64,000 bases of DNA from Octopus sinensis (lineage: Eukaryota), in assembly GCF_006345805.1 (NCBI RefSeq), contig NC_043008.1:16244001-16308000 (forward strand), read 5' to 3'. Under the pieces are notes generated by a model that saw nothing but the letters and a program-made list of their open reading frames with translations, had not been told where the DNA came from and did not search any database. This document shows positions 42,991 to 55,924 of this stretch, piece after piece. The position numbers were made by a program, and so were the translations under genes. Numbering within the stretch: position 1 is the stretch's first letter; each line of letters starts with the position of its first letter.

Positions 42991-43584
42991 ACTACAGTAA
43001 ATGGCTATCTATAGGGATCATTAAATATTATACATTGTGTTAGACAATGTGAGAGAGGCTATCTCCTTCAATAAATGCGGCCTCTAATCACCATGTATTC
43101 ATTTTTGTTAGATCATTTAACAACTCCAACGATTAAAAAGGCGCACTCATGATATAAAACTTATCGCTATAATATCTACCTCTATAAAATTACATTTATG
43201 GTTTATTCACCTTTTCTAAAACGTGTAGGTCGTGGTGAACTTCTTGGAATTACAAAGAGATGTGTATTTCGTTGCAGCAAATGGGTTATCAGATGATTCT
43301 GCGACACTAAAATAGCAGCATTTTCGTAGTGTCATACATGCAGGGATATGTAATATATTACCGTCGAGAGTAGTCGGGATGAAAAATAGCTGCTTTAAAT
43401 GTGCCCTGTGCAGAATTTCCTACTGCGTGAAGTTAAAATGCCAGGAAAGCGTATCAGGGAATCTGCTGTGCAGATATGATATTTTTACACCTTTTACCAT
43501 AAGAAAGAATTTTACACCAGAGTAACTACATTGGGCTTGCTTTTAAAGTGTCACAAATATATTTTAACTAACCTAGAACTCGTT

Positions 43585-43601
43585 CATCTGTCTATCTATC
43601 A

Positions 43602-43659
<58 letters not shown>

Positions 43660-43881
43660 ATCTATCTTTTTTTTTCCTCTCCCCCTTTCTTTAACCCCCC
43701 TTTTTTTGTCCTCTTTCTCTCCTTTTACGATCCCTTTTGATCGAAACTCCCCCTTCCTTTTTTTTTTCTAAACCTTCAAAAGAAAAGCTCTACCTTGTAA
43801 TTTGTTCTATCTGTGTGCAGCCCTGTGTGGCTAATAAAGAAACATATCTATATCTATCTATCGATATCTGTCTGTCTATCG

Positions 43882-43948
<67 letters not shown>

Positions 43949-44008
43949 CATCTATCTATCCATCTATCTATCTATCTATCTATCTATATTTTTATCTATC
44001 TATCTATC
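43585..44008. repeat. (TCTA)n microsatellites
   Basis: Direct (43585-43665 and 43845-44008). Confidence 0.95.
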
Positions 44009-44811
44009 TCCCCTCGCTCTCACTCCCTCTTTCTCTGTTGGTCTCTTTTTCTCTAAATATATATGTGCTCACACACCCGTATACACACACATATGTATAG
44101 TTGAAATTTATAGAAAAACAAACACAGAGACAGGTGTACGAACAACAAGCAAATCTATTAGGTTGACGCTCGGGAAAAGGAAAAAGCCTCTTACGCTTCG
44201 AGCCTACGCTCTTCAACAGAAAAGAATAATACAAAATGAATAGAGTGAGAATGAAGAAAAACTTCTAGATTTCAGCCATCCATATATATATAATATATAT
44301 AATTTTAATAAATTATTTCATACTCGGATAACTCATTTATATCATCTTCCCAATATACCTGCAATCTACCTACCAATCAATTAACCTACCTAAGGATGTG
44401 TCTGGCCTCTTGGTGGAGGCCATGCTATTATTATTATAAGTTTACTAAGGTCCCTCCTATGTAAGAACCGAGAAATTTTTAGTTTCTTATGGTCGGTCGG
44501 ACCTTAACGTGTTCTGGTAATTAAAAAAAAATAATAGATAAAAAAAATATCATAAACACGTAGAAATTGTTTAAAGCCATGACCTCAAAAGTCCTGGACA
44601 TGGTCGACCCATTCACGAGTAAAGCGACCATCAAATCGAAAAGGCAGAAACGATCTCAGGGATCGTCGCATTACAGAACTAAGAATGCCCCCGAGCTGCA
44701 AGCTTTACCTCATCTAAAGGATACATCACCCGCAGAACTATTTATTGAAATTTATGTATTGATTAAGTCTTTCCTTGTTTGTTTTGCAAAATAGTGGTTT
44801 TGTCTCGAATA

Positions 44812-44853
<42 letters not shown>

Positions 44854-45808
44854 ATATATGCGACCTTATATGAGTTATGTATAGAAAGATGTATGTGTGT
44901 GAGAGTGTGCCTGTGTTGCTTACTCCAGAGGTTGGTCTCTGTCTGTGTCTGCTACGCTCTGTGTTTTTCTGGAGGGTATTAGTTAAGTTATAAAGTCTCT
45001 CGCGATACACTTGATTTCTGCTGAATTTTGAACGATCACTTGTAATTTCTTAACAACTTTGCAATTTTATAACAAACAAATTTTTGCGGGTAACACAGTC
45101 ACGTAACAGAAAAGCTTCTACAAAGTATTTCGGACAAAAGCAAATCGTTATCCTTTGATCAACTGTCAAGTAGGCGTCGAAATATAGGAAGAACATCATT
45201 GACTGTAATTCTTTTGTTTAAAGGTGTGGTTTCCAGGCAAATTGTTTTACTTGATTGACAGATCATCCAAAATAGTAGATGGCTTTAAAAACAAAAGAGT
45301 TTGTGAAGTAATATGTGCCGTGTCGTATCTTTGACAATAACCGAATAGCTTGAGGAGTCCTTCAATCGAGATAATGTAAAGTAGATACTGTAGGAATTAC
45401 ACTACAGGTTCACGCGAACGCGTGCGTAAACCCGAATTACTACACACGTATTTACATATACACGCACATGTATGTATACGTAATAGGATTCCTAAAATGT
45501 TAGAAGAAGACGCCAAATCGTCGAACCGCGAAGAATTTGTTCTCAAGAAATTTCAGCAAACGCCCGAATATAAAACGAGCAAGACAAATGAAAAGATCTC
45601 GTTTTAAATTCTAGCGTTTGCTATAATTTCTTGAGAACACATTCTTCGTGGTAAAACTATTTCGTGTCTTCTCTTAGCATTTTAGGAATCCACCTTGGTG
45701 GTTATACGTCTTATATATTGCATGTAATATAATCATTTAACTTTCAGCTTTTTAAAATATGCTACGACACTGGTTTAAATTGATATTAATATTAATTCCT
45801 ACCCTCAT

Positions 45809-45846
<38 letters not shown>

Positions 45847-45891
45847 ATATATATATAAAAGTTGAGTTGTGGGGTATCGCACGAGTGGGAT

Positions 45892-46645
45892 TATATAAGA
45901 AAAAAGGTTTGAAAATGCAATTTAAACGATGTTTATTTACTTAACCGGTTTCACTCTCTTTGTAAAAGATTGTCAAAAGTTACATTTAAGGAAACATTGA
46001 ATAATATGGGTTCAAAAAAGTTTTTTACATAATTGTCACATTGAGTATATGCATTCAAAGAGGTTTTTACATAATTGTCACATTGAGTATTATGCATTCA
46101 AAAAGGTTTTTACATAATTGTCACATTGAGTATTAATGCATTCAAAAAGGTTTTTACATAATTGTCACATTGGATATTATGAATTCAAAAATGTTTTTTT
46201 TACATAATTGTCACATTACATGTATAGATATAGTGTTTGGTAACAGAGAAGTTCAATAGTGTGATGAGAATGTTTGGGAAAATTTGGCAGAAAAGGATAA
46301 AACAAATATATTATTGGGAATTGGTTGCGTTAATTATTGGTTGTCGCAAATTGTCACATTACATGTATATATATACAATCTTCGGTATATATATAACAGC
46401 CTTTTGACAGCAAAAATTAGAATGGCTTTTTTATACATCTCAGAATATTTTAAGTACAAGGCGAGAATATGTTTTTACTGACCTGTTGGGATTAGCAGAA
46501 AGGCTGAACTGAGAGAACAGAGGAAGTAGCCAATGTGGTGTATACTTCCCCTTTATGCATGAATGATTTTGGGGTTATCAGGAGGTTAGTATGCGGGTGT
46601 GAATAGATGTGTTCGTGCCCGCTGGTCAGATAGCGTCTGTTTGTC

Positions 46646-46681
<36 letters not shown>

Positions 46682-47140
46682 TGTGTATTGTATATGTATG
46701 TGTACAATTAAGTGTATATATGTGTGTGTATGTGTGCAGTGTATATATGTATATTGTAGGTGTGCTATATATACGTGAATACAGGTATGTGCATTGCGTG
46801 TATATATATGTATACATTGTGTGTGTATGTTATGTGTGTGTGTGTGTATATATACATTATATGTATGCGTACGTGTATGTGTATGCGTTGTATGTATGTG
46901 TATTGTGGGTATATGTGGTACATCTATGTATGTGTATGTAAACACTATTTATATGTATATGTGTATATATGTATATGCATTGTCTATATATATATATATT
47001 GTATGTACTGCGTATGTATATTGCATGCATATATTGTGTATGTATATTGCTTACATGCTGTATGTGTATATTGTATGTGTGTATATATATGCTAGGTGTA
47101 TTTGTGTGATATTTATATTATGTATGTATGTGTGCGTGTG

Positions 47141-47173
<33 letters not shown>

Positions 47174-47354
47174 GTGTGTGTATGTGTGTTATATATCTGT
47201 GTATGTTATATATAGATACATATTATATTTGTGTGCTGTGTGTATATGTGATATATGTGGGTGCGTTGTGTGTGGGTGTGTGTGTTCTGTGTGTGTGTGT
47301 TGTTTGTATGTGGTGTGTGTTTGTTTACTATGTGTGTGTGTGTGTGTGTGTTGT

Positions 47355-47385
<31 letters not shown>

Positions 47386-48133
47386 GTGTGACAAACAGAC
47401 GCTATCTGACCAGCGGGCACGAACACATCTATTCACACCCGCATACTAACCTCCTGATAACCAAAATCATTCATGCATAAAGGGGAAGTATACACCACAT
47501 TGGCTACTTCCTCTGTTCTCTCAGTTCAGCCTTTCTGCTAATCCCAACAGGTCAGTAAAAACATATTCTCGCCTTGTACTTAAAATATTCTGAGATGTAT
47601 AAAAAAGCCATTCTAATTTTTGCTGTCAAAAGCTGTATATATATACCGAAGATTGTATATATATACATGTAATGTGACAATTTGCGACAAACAATAATTA
47701 ACGCAACCAATTCCCAATAATATATTTGTTTTATCCTTTTCTGCCAAATTTTTCCCAAACATTCTCATCACACTATTGAACTTCTCTGTTACCAAACACT
47801 ATATCTATACATGTAATGTGACAATTAGTATAAAAAAACATTTTTGAATTCATAATATCCAATGTGACAATTATGTAAAAACCTTTTTGAATGCATAATA
47901 CTCAATGTGACAATTATTGTAAAAACCTTTTTGAATGCATAATACTCAATGTGACAATTATGTAAAAACCTCTTTGAATGCATAATACTCAATGTGACAA
48001 TTATGTAAAAAACTCTTTTTGAACCCATATTATTCAATGTTTCCTTAAATGTAACTTTTGACAATCTTTTACCAAAGAGTGAAACCGGTTAAGTAAATAA
48101 ACATCGTTTAAATTGCATTTTCAAACCTTTTTT

Positions 48134-48141
<8 letters not shown>
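45892..48141. repeat. 2.25-kb inverted repeat: ~790-bp arms (45892-46680, 47356-48141) around a TG/TA-rich spacer
   Basis: The arms are near-identical reverse complements. Each has ~5 copies of a 43-bp unit (tttttacataattgtcacattgagtattatgcattcaaaaagg), and both outer ends abut (TA)n. Confidence 0.95.
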
Positions 48142-48179
<38 letters not shown>

Positions 48180-48457
48180 TCACCATTTCCCTACTAGTAA
48201 AAAGGTATCCACAAACAATCGGGATTTGCAACCCATTTCCTATAAATCTAGAAATGCTAGGGGAAAAAAGACTCACCCATTATACCGGCTCGATCAGGCG
48301 ACACCGAACGATATAATAATGGTCTGCCAGCATCACTACATTTATATAGACAAGCGAAATCGTATTTCCTTCCAAAATCACCACGTGAGTTGCAAAACCA
48401 TTATCAACGAAACGAAGTTCCGCAGATTTACTGTATGGTAGTATTAGTGTACAATAT

Positions 48458-48515
48458 ACAAAAAGGGTGAAATATAATTAATTTAATAAAATTAATTATA
48501 TTTCACCCTTTTTGT
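48458..48515. repeat. 27-bp perfect palindromic arms next to (TA)n
   Basis: acaaaaagggtgaaatataattaattt / aaattaattatatttcaccctttttgt, pivoting on an AATAAA. Confidence 0.9.
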
Positions 48516-48521
48516 TTGTAA

Positions 48522-48578
<57 letters not shown>

Positions 48579-48590
48579 GATATATATATA

Positions 48591-48669
<79 letters not shown>

Positions 48670-49854
48670 ACACATACATATATATACATATAAATAAAGG
48701 GTGATGAAAGACAGAGAAAGAGTGAGTGATAGTAATGCAGATAAACATATTTAGGCTTAACACACACATACACACGCGCGCGCACGCAAACATGTACAGA
48801 CATATATACCTAGAGAAATACATTCTGTATATGCCTGTAACAATTTCGCGTGGTTGTATACTGGCTGCATACGCAATAATTTTTACGCATTCAATTTGTA
48901 AATTATAAATATTAAGATTATTATGTTACTCCGAGCATTCCGAAACAGCTGTCGTGTTAAACATTTTTCAATAGCATTCTGATTTTATGTTCAAGCTAAT
49001 TTTAATTTGTAAATAAGTAAATATGTGTGTGAGTGTATGTGAGTGTGTATGTGTTATTTGTGAATATTTGTAAATGCGTGTCGGAATGTACATACATATG
49101 TGTGTGTTTGTGTGTGTTTGTGTGTGTGTGCGTGTGTCAAGGCTAACTCTGTTCATCTGCAACAGTAATTCCATATCAGCTCGTTTTGGATTTCTCTTGC
49201 AATCGCTTCTGATTCTGCAAACACACACACACACACATACACACACACACACACACAAAACGCACACATATACACGTGCGTATGTATGTAAGTAATTTAT
49301 GTTCGAACGTATGTGTGTGTATATACTGAGAGACAAAAATGGTTAGATAAACTCATATGTAGCTCTCTAGGTGGTTAAAGTGATTAACAGACATACAAAT
49401 GGACAGCAAAGTAGCTAGCGACATTCAGTGAATGAGAGAGATTTACCGAAAAATTCGGAGGAACATAGATGGCGAATGGAGGAATGTAGATGACATTAAA
49501 GGATCATGTATATATAATACATGTGTGCGTGTGTGTGTTTGTGTGTGTGTGTCTGTTTGTCCAAATGGATGCCCGTTGTGAAATGCTTTATAAATTTCTA
49601 CCAATGTGGGTTTATTTTTTACGACCTTCGCTGAAAAACCTTGTACGTTAAAAACGAAAGTAGAAAGACAAATTGCAGGCATGTACCTTGGTTATGTTTT
49701 CCTTGCTCTTCTGTTTATCTTGTCATTCATTGTATTACTTCATATTGTCACATAACGGTAAGCCAAATATCACTGCTCCCAAGAGCTTTGCATGAAATTC
49801 TATTTAAAGGCATCCTAAACTACAGAGAAAAAATATCCAGTACATGATTGTACA

Positions 49855-49896
<42 letters not shown>

Positions 49897-49915
49897 AAAT
49901 ATATAAACAAATAAA

Positions 49916-50105
<190 letters not shown>

Positions 50106-50535
50106 TGTATATGCATAAATATGTGTTTATATGTATATATATATACATCTTAATGTATATATAATTACTCATTGATATTTTTCTTTCGATCAATATGATT
50201 ACGTTAACATACGTATGTGTCTGTTTGTATTTGTGCTTCTCTGCACGACCAGGCTGTATGTATATCAATGTTTTATTTGCGTGTTTTGTATGTGCTTATG
50301 TGTGGGCTTGTGTGTCAGTGTGCGTGCGTGCGTGCGTGCGTGCTTAAGTGTGTGTATACACATATAGCATTGATGTATAAACATCAAAGAATAAATCCAC
50401 GATAATTAAAAGCTCAATTAATAACCGGTCGTTAAATTCCATCGCGTTATTTCATTGTCATAAATCCAAGTGGGACCGACATATATACATACTATATATA
50501 ATATATATATATATATATATATGTATATGTATACA

Positions 50536-50636
<101 letters not shown>

Positions 50637-51512
50637 TAATATATATATTATATATATATATATATATATATTATTATATATAATATACATACATATATAT
50701 GACATAATCGGTTAAACGATCTTAAGAGCAACATATTTACATAAATGTCATAACATTTGATCTTTGTAACGTCATGCGATAATGCAGAGATCAAATGATA
50801 TTTGAACGCTATTACATAATGCAATAAACACAATGATGATCTTTTGTGGTTCTGCGTGAAATTTCACTCTGTACATCTAATGCACATGTTAGAAATAACA
50901 ACAATATTAGAGATGTACGTAAACTACAAATGACATACACTTGTGGTTATCATAATTTCTCCTATATATTAATGTAAGAGAGAATAGAAAGAAGAGAAAT
51001 TTATTTTTCATATAGTGCATATTTTAAATTTTCTCAACATCTGTTTCAAGATAATCATTATTCGGTGTACAATTACATTGTTGTGATGAATAATTTATTC
51101 GTTTTAAGTCAAATGTAATCGGTAAACTATGCTTACTAGATAATTAGGAATGATATATTATGTTAAACAGGAAACAGCTACTACATTCAGTACATCGAAT
51201 CAGAGTGAATAATCAGGGAAGAAGAAGGAGGAAGACGAGAAGTGGAAGAAGAAGAAGAAGAAGAGAAGAAGAAGAAGACAACTAAGCAAATGCATGTACA
51301 AGTAAATATGCAAACACATATAACTTTACATATGAATTACACGCAAGAAATACAAACATTTATACACACACACACACACACACATATATATGTATATATA
51401 TGTGTATGTATATGTGTGTATGTGTGTATGTGTGTGTGCATGTATGTATGTGTGTGTGTGTGTTATGTGTGTGTGCCGTAGTGTTTGTATTTGTATGTGA
51501 TTTATAATTTAT

Positions 51513-51671
51513 ACAGGAGTGTGCATCCCAAACAAATTGTTCCGTGGCATCTTGGACTAGTGTCTTCTGGTATAGACTCCAGCAGACCAAAGCCTTGTGA
51601 GTGGATTTGGTAAACGTAAACTGAAAGAAGCCCATCGAATATATACATATATATGTATGTAAGTATGTATG

Positions 51672-51705
<34 letters not shown>

Positions 51706-51958
51706 TGTATGTATGCATGTATGTATGTATGTATGTTTGTATTTATGCATGAATGTATTTGTGTGTCTATTAGTCCACCCGCTATTGTTTTACAACCGAT
51801 GCTGGTATGTTTACCTTCCCGAAACTTAGCTGTCCTGCAAAAGGATCCGATAAAATTAGTACTAGGCTTACAGTGAATATGTCATGGGTCCGATTTGTTT
51901 GACTTAAGGTGGTGCTCCAGCTTGACCATAGACAAATGACTGAAACAAGCAAAAGAAT
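51513..51958 (+). mobile_element. SINE family B (diverged) with internal (TATG)n
   Basis: accaaagccttgtgagtggatttggtaaacg..ctgaaagaagcc and 3' ggtggtgctccagc..aaatgactgaaacaag. Confidence 0.85.
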
Positions 51959-52401
51959 ATATATGTATATATGTGTGTGTGCCCACGTGTGTATGTGTAT
52001 GTATGAAATGTGTTTGTGTGTGTGTATGTATGTGTGTGTCGTAGAGTGTGCATTTGTTTATGATGTATCATTTACGCTCAATTCACGAGACGCTAAACTC
52101 ATGTCTTATAGACTTGTGTTGACTCTACATACAATTAATTGATTGTGAAGGTGGCGATGAATAACTGAAGGTGTGGAATATCCTTTGAAATTTCGTAAAA
52201 TTTATGACAAACATAAAACGGTGAGTGAATTACAAAGTTAGCGACTTTTAATTATAAATGCTGCTATCATTTCTTACGAAACAGAAATCATATTCTAGAT
52301 GTCGTCGGCGGCGGGACATCATATTCCATAAATATGTTTTCACATAAATCTTCTCATAAAATAAAGCAAGACCTGGGCTTATGTGTGTATATATGTGCGT
52401 G

Positions 52402-52436
<35 letters not shown>

Positions 52437-52543
52437 TTGTATGTATATATATGTATGTATATATGTATATATATATATGTATATGTGTGTATATATATAT
52501 ATATATGTATACATGTGCATGTATGTATATTTGTATATATATG

Positions 52544-52586
<43 letters not shown>

Positions 52587-52607
52587 GTGTGTGTGTGTAT
52601 ATATATG

Positions 52608-52656
<49 letters not shown>

Positions 52657-52972
52657 GCATGTACGTATGTACATTTATGTATGTGTTTGCTTGTGAAGGT
52701 ATTACAAATTGATATCTAAACAGAAGTATATCAAAATAACTGTATGACTTATTCTTTGATGGAATATAAGTTTTACATTTTTGAGTCAAAGCCAGACACA
52801 TTAAGTACCGTAACTGATGGTGAAAAAAAAAAAAGAAAAAAGAACAGTATGAAACCATGCAGTCAGACAACCGAATTTTTACGTCAGACTAAAAGTGTTG
52901 ATAGGTAAAATACTCAATTATGAAACTCGGTATTATCTAGTTGTATTAATATCACATGTAAATTAACATATA

Positions 52973-53580
52973 TGCAGAAGCATGGCTTCGTGGTAAGAAG
53001 TTTGCTTCCCAATCACACGTGTCTGGGTTCAGTCCCACTGCGTGGCACCTCGGCCGAGTGTCTTCTACCATAACCTCGGGCTGATCAAAGTACTGTGGGT
53101 AGTAGAGAGAAACTGAACGAAGCTCGTCTTATAGATGTGTGTGTGTGTCTGTTTGCCTATGTGTGTGTCTGAGTATTTGTGTATGTGAGTGAGTGTGTAT
53201 CTGAGTATTTGTGTATGTGAGTGAGTGTGTGTCTGAGTATTTGTGTATGTGAGTGAGTGTGTTTCTGAGTATGTGTGTATGTGAGTGAGTGTGTTTCTGA
53301 GTATGTGTGTATGTGAGTGAGTGTGTTTCTGAGTATGTGTGTATGTGAGTGAGTGTGTGTCTGAGTATTTGTGTCTGTTTCCCACCACCACACGACAACT
53401 GGTGATGGTGTGTTTACGTACCCCGTACCCGAGCGGTTCGGCAAAATAAATGGATTGTATAAGTACCTGGCTTAAAAAAACAAACGTACATGTTTCGATT
53501 CATTCATCAAAATGCTCCTCAGGACAATGCTCCTGCATGACCACAGTCTAATGACTGAAACACATTGTAGGTAAAAGCTA
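52973..53580 (+). mobile_element. SINE family B (diverged) containing a 32-bp minisatellite
   Basis: Head tggcttcgtggtaag..gggttcagtcccactgcgtggcacc and tail atgactgaaaca. Confidence 0.85.
53168..53375. repeat. 32-bp minisatellite, ~6.5 copies
   Basis: Unit tctgagtat(t/g)tgtgtatgtgagtgagtgtgt(a/g/t) starting at 53168, 53200, 53232, 53264, 53296, 53328 and 53360. Confidence 0.95.
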
Positions 53581-53931
53581 GAAAGTTATAAGCAATAACA
53601 TGTAGTGTTCACGTGTACTAAAACACATCCCTACTGCCTCTCGTTTATCCACAAGTAAACCCTGAAGAACACATGCTATCCAAGAATATAATCATTGTTC
53701 CTGTATTACTTCCAGATAGAAGAAAGGACGGAGCGACGCAAGGGCTCACTGATCTCTCTGCCGAATATCCGCCGTATTTGAAATGCTCACCTTGATCAAC
53801 ACTGTACCCACTGTTGGTGAGTTATTAATTTTATGAGTCCAAATTTGAACATTGCTTTATTTTTAATTTATCAATCTTTTTCGGTAAGATTGCTTAGATG
53901 TGCTATTTTCTTCAAGTCATTTACGAAACAT

Positions 53932-53986
<55 letters not shown>

Positions 53987-54008
53987 CATGTATGTATGTA
54001 TATATATA

Positions 54009-54179
54009 GGCGCAGGAGTGGCTGTGTGGTAAGTAGCTTGTTTACCAACCACATGGTTCCGGGTTCAGTCCCACTGCGTGGCACCTTGGACGAGTGTCTT
54101 CTACTATAGCCTCGGGCCGACCAAAGCCTTGTGAGTGGATTTGGTAGACGGAAACTAAAAGAAACCCGTCGTAAATATG

Positions 54180-54224
<45 letters not shown>

Positions 54225-54421
54225 TGTGTGTGTGTTTGTGTGTTTGTGTTTGTCCCCTTGGGTTTATGTACCCGTTACTTAGCGGTTCGGCAAAAGAGGA
54301 CCGATAGAATAAGTACTGGGCTTACAAAAGAATAAGTCCCAGGGTGGAGTTTCTCGATTAAAGGCGGTGCTCCAGCATGGCCGCAGTCAAATGACTGAAA
54401 CAAGTAAAAGAGTAAAAGAGT
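54009..54421 (+). mobile_element. tRNA-derived SINE family B, full length
   Basis: A-box gtggctgtgtggt, B-box gggttcagtccc, internal (TA)n(TG)n and a (GTAAAAGA)n tail. Near-identical to 62097. Confidence 0.93.
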
Positions 54422-55589
54422 ATATATATACACACCCACAAACACACACTCATACACACACACACACGCACACACATTTATCCATGCATGAATAAGACGG
54501 TTTTCCGCACACATTCTCTTTAGATAGTAAGCTGCTATTATGGAGCTCACATCCAATACGATGGAAAATGACACTGGTTTTGATTGAGGACATCTTAATT
54601 ATGTAACCATGCTTGCACCCATAGTGTATGCATATATATATATATATATCACCGATGCATATTATTGTCATAATATATATGACTAGTATTATCATTTATA
54701 TTCACAATTCATCAGGTTTTTGTTCATTCGTTTCATGGTGTATCGAATTTGGCTTTTTTTTTGTAATTGGTACCTAAAGTTACGTAGGTATATACACACG
54801 CGCAAACACATACTTATATAGTAAGAGAGAGAACGAGAAAGAGAGAGAGAGAGAGAGAAACAGAGAGAGGGGGAAAGAAAGAAATGGTGAGAGAGTAAGA
54901 ACTAATGAGAGAGGGATACACAAGCTCATTGCTCTCTGAAGTTGCAATTATAAATATCCACCATATATGATATGCACACATTGATTACTATCAAATGCAC
55001 TCATTCTCTTTTGTGCAGGCGGTGATAATCAAAATCTATAGAAATTTAAGAATCATGGTTAAAGAAAAAATATATTGGAAAGTATATATAGGATACCATC
55101 ATTCTTTAATTATAATTACTGTGGTTCTTATACATTTTGCTCATAGCAAATAGAAGCAATAGTTAGATAAGAGAAATATACTTACTGCAAACAAAAATGA
55201 GACGATAGCATTTTATTTCTAGTTGACATCTTTTCAATCAAATCATTAGGAATTTTAAAAGTTTTAGATTTACGTTCTCTAAACGAGGAATCCAATTTCA
55301 ATCAGGATATAATCTCAGAGCGACAAATTAAATTCATGCATATTTTCTAGATTTATATCTGCCACTCTATCAACACATCCCGAAACAAATTTATTCGTAT
55401 ATCTATCGTTCTTCCCTTAATATAAAATACTCTTACAGATATATCTATATTTCAAGAAGACGCGTATTTTTAGATACACACATACACACACACTTTAACA
55501 CACTCACATACACACACATATGCTGTAAAGAATAAGATCTTTATTTTTTTGTATATATCTATTTATATGTATACCACTTACATACGAGC

Positions 55590-55690
55590 GCGCAGAGCAA
55601 TATTTATGCTTGAAATAGAACGATACAGAGAAGATTAGCATTACATCATCGCCAGGATGATACGCGCATTTGTGAAGCCTTCCCTATGTT
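55590..55690 (+). pseudogene. U6 snRNA pseudogene (decayed copy)
   Basis: gaacgatacagagaagattagcat (55618-55641) is identical to U6 over 24 nt, including the ACAGAGA box and AGC triad. The downstream aggatgatacgcgcatttgtgaagccttccctat follows U6 AGGATGACACGCAAATTCGTGAAGCGTTCCATAT with substitutions. The 5' stem-loop and ISL 5' arm are corrupted. Confidence 0.88.
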
Positions 55691-55804
55691 GATAGGCGGT
55701 GCGCCATCATGACGGCTTTCTAATGACTCAAAGAAGCAAATATATATATATATATGTGTACGTGTATATGAGTGTGTGCGTGTGTGTGAGCGCATGTGTG
55801 TTTA

Positions 55805-55839
<35 letters not shown>

Positions 55840-55924
55840 ATATACGAAGAGAGAGAAAGAGATAGAGAGAGATAGGGATGATTAAGATTAAAGAATCATA
55901 AGGTAGGAATAAAGCGGGTTAATA

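Noticed and set aside
46020-46220. 43-bp repeat array (mirrored at ~47810-48020) as a possible CRISPR
   Set aside because: The units are head-to-tail with no unique spacers, the context is eukaryotic and there are no cas genes.
47380-47480. TNRRYLTSGHEH as a GIY-YIG endonuclease remnant in the inverted arms
   Set aside because: The resemblance to G.T.R.L..R..EH is too weak, and the upstream sequence is microsatellite.
49679-49757. Hydrophobic mini-ORF or exon ending in gtaagc
   Set aside because: The acceptor lacks a polypyrimidine tract, the hydrophobicity follows from T-richness, and there are no partner exons.
53168-53375. 32-bp periodic array as a CRISPR or a coding repeat
   Set aside because: It has no spacers and derives from the TG-rich internal tract of a SINE.
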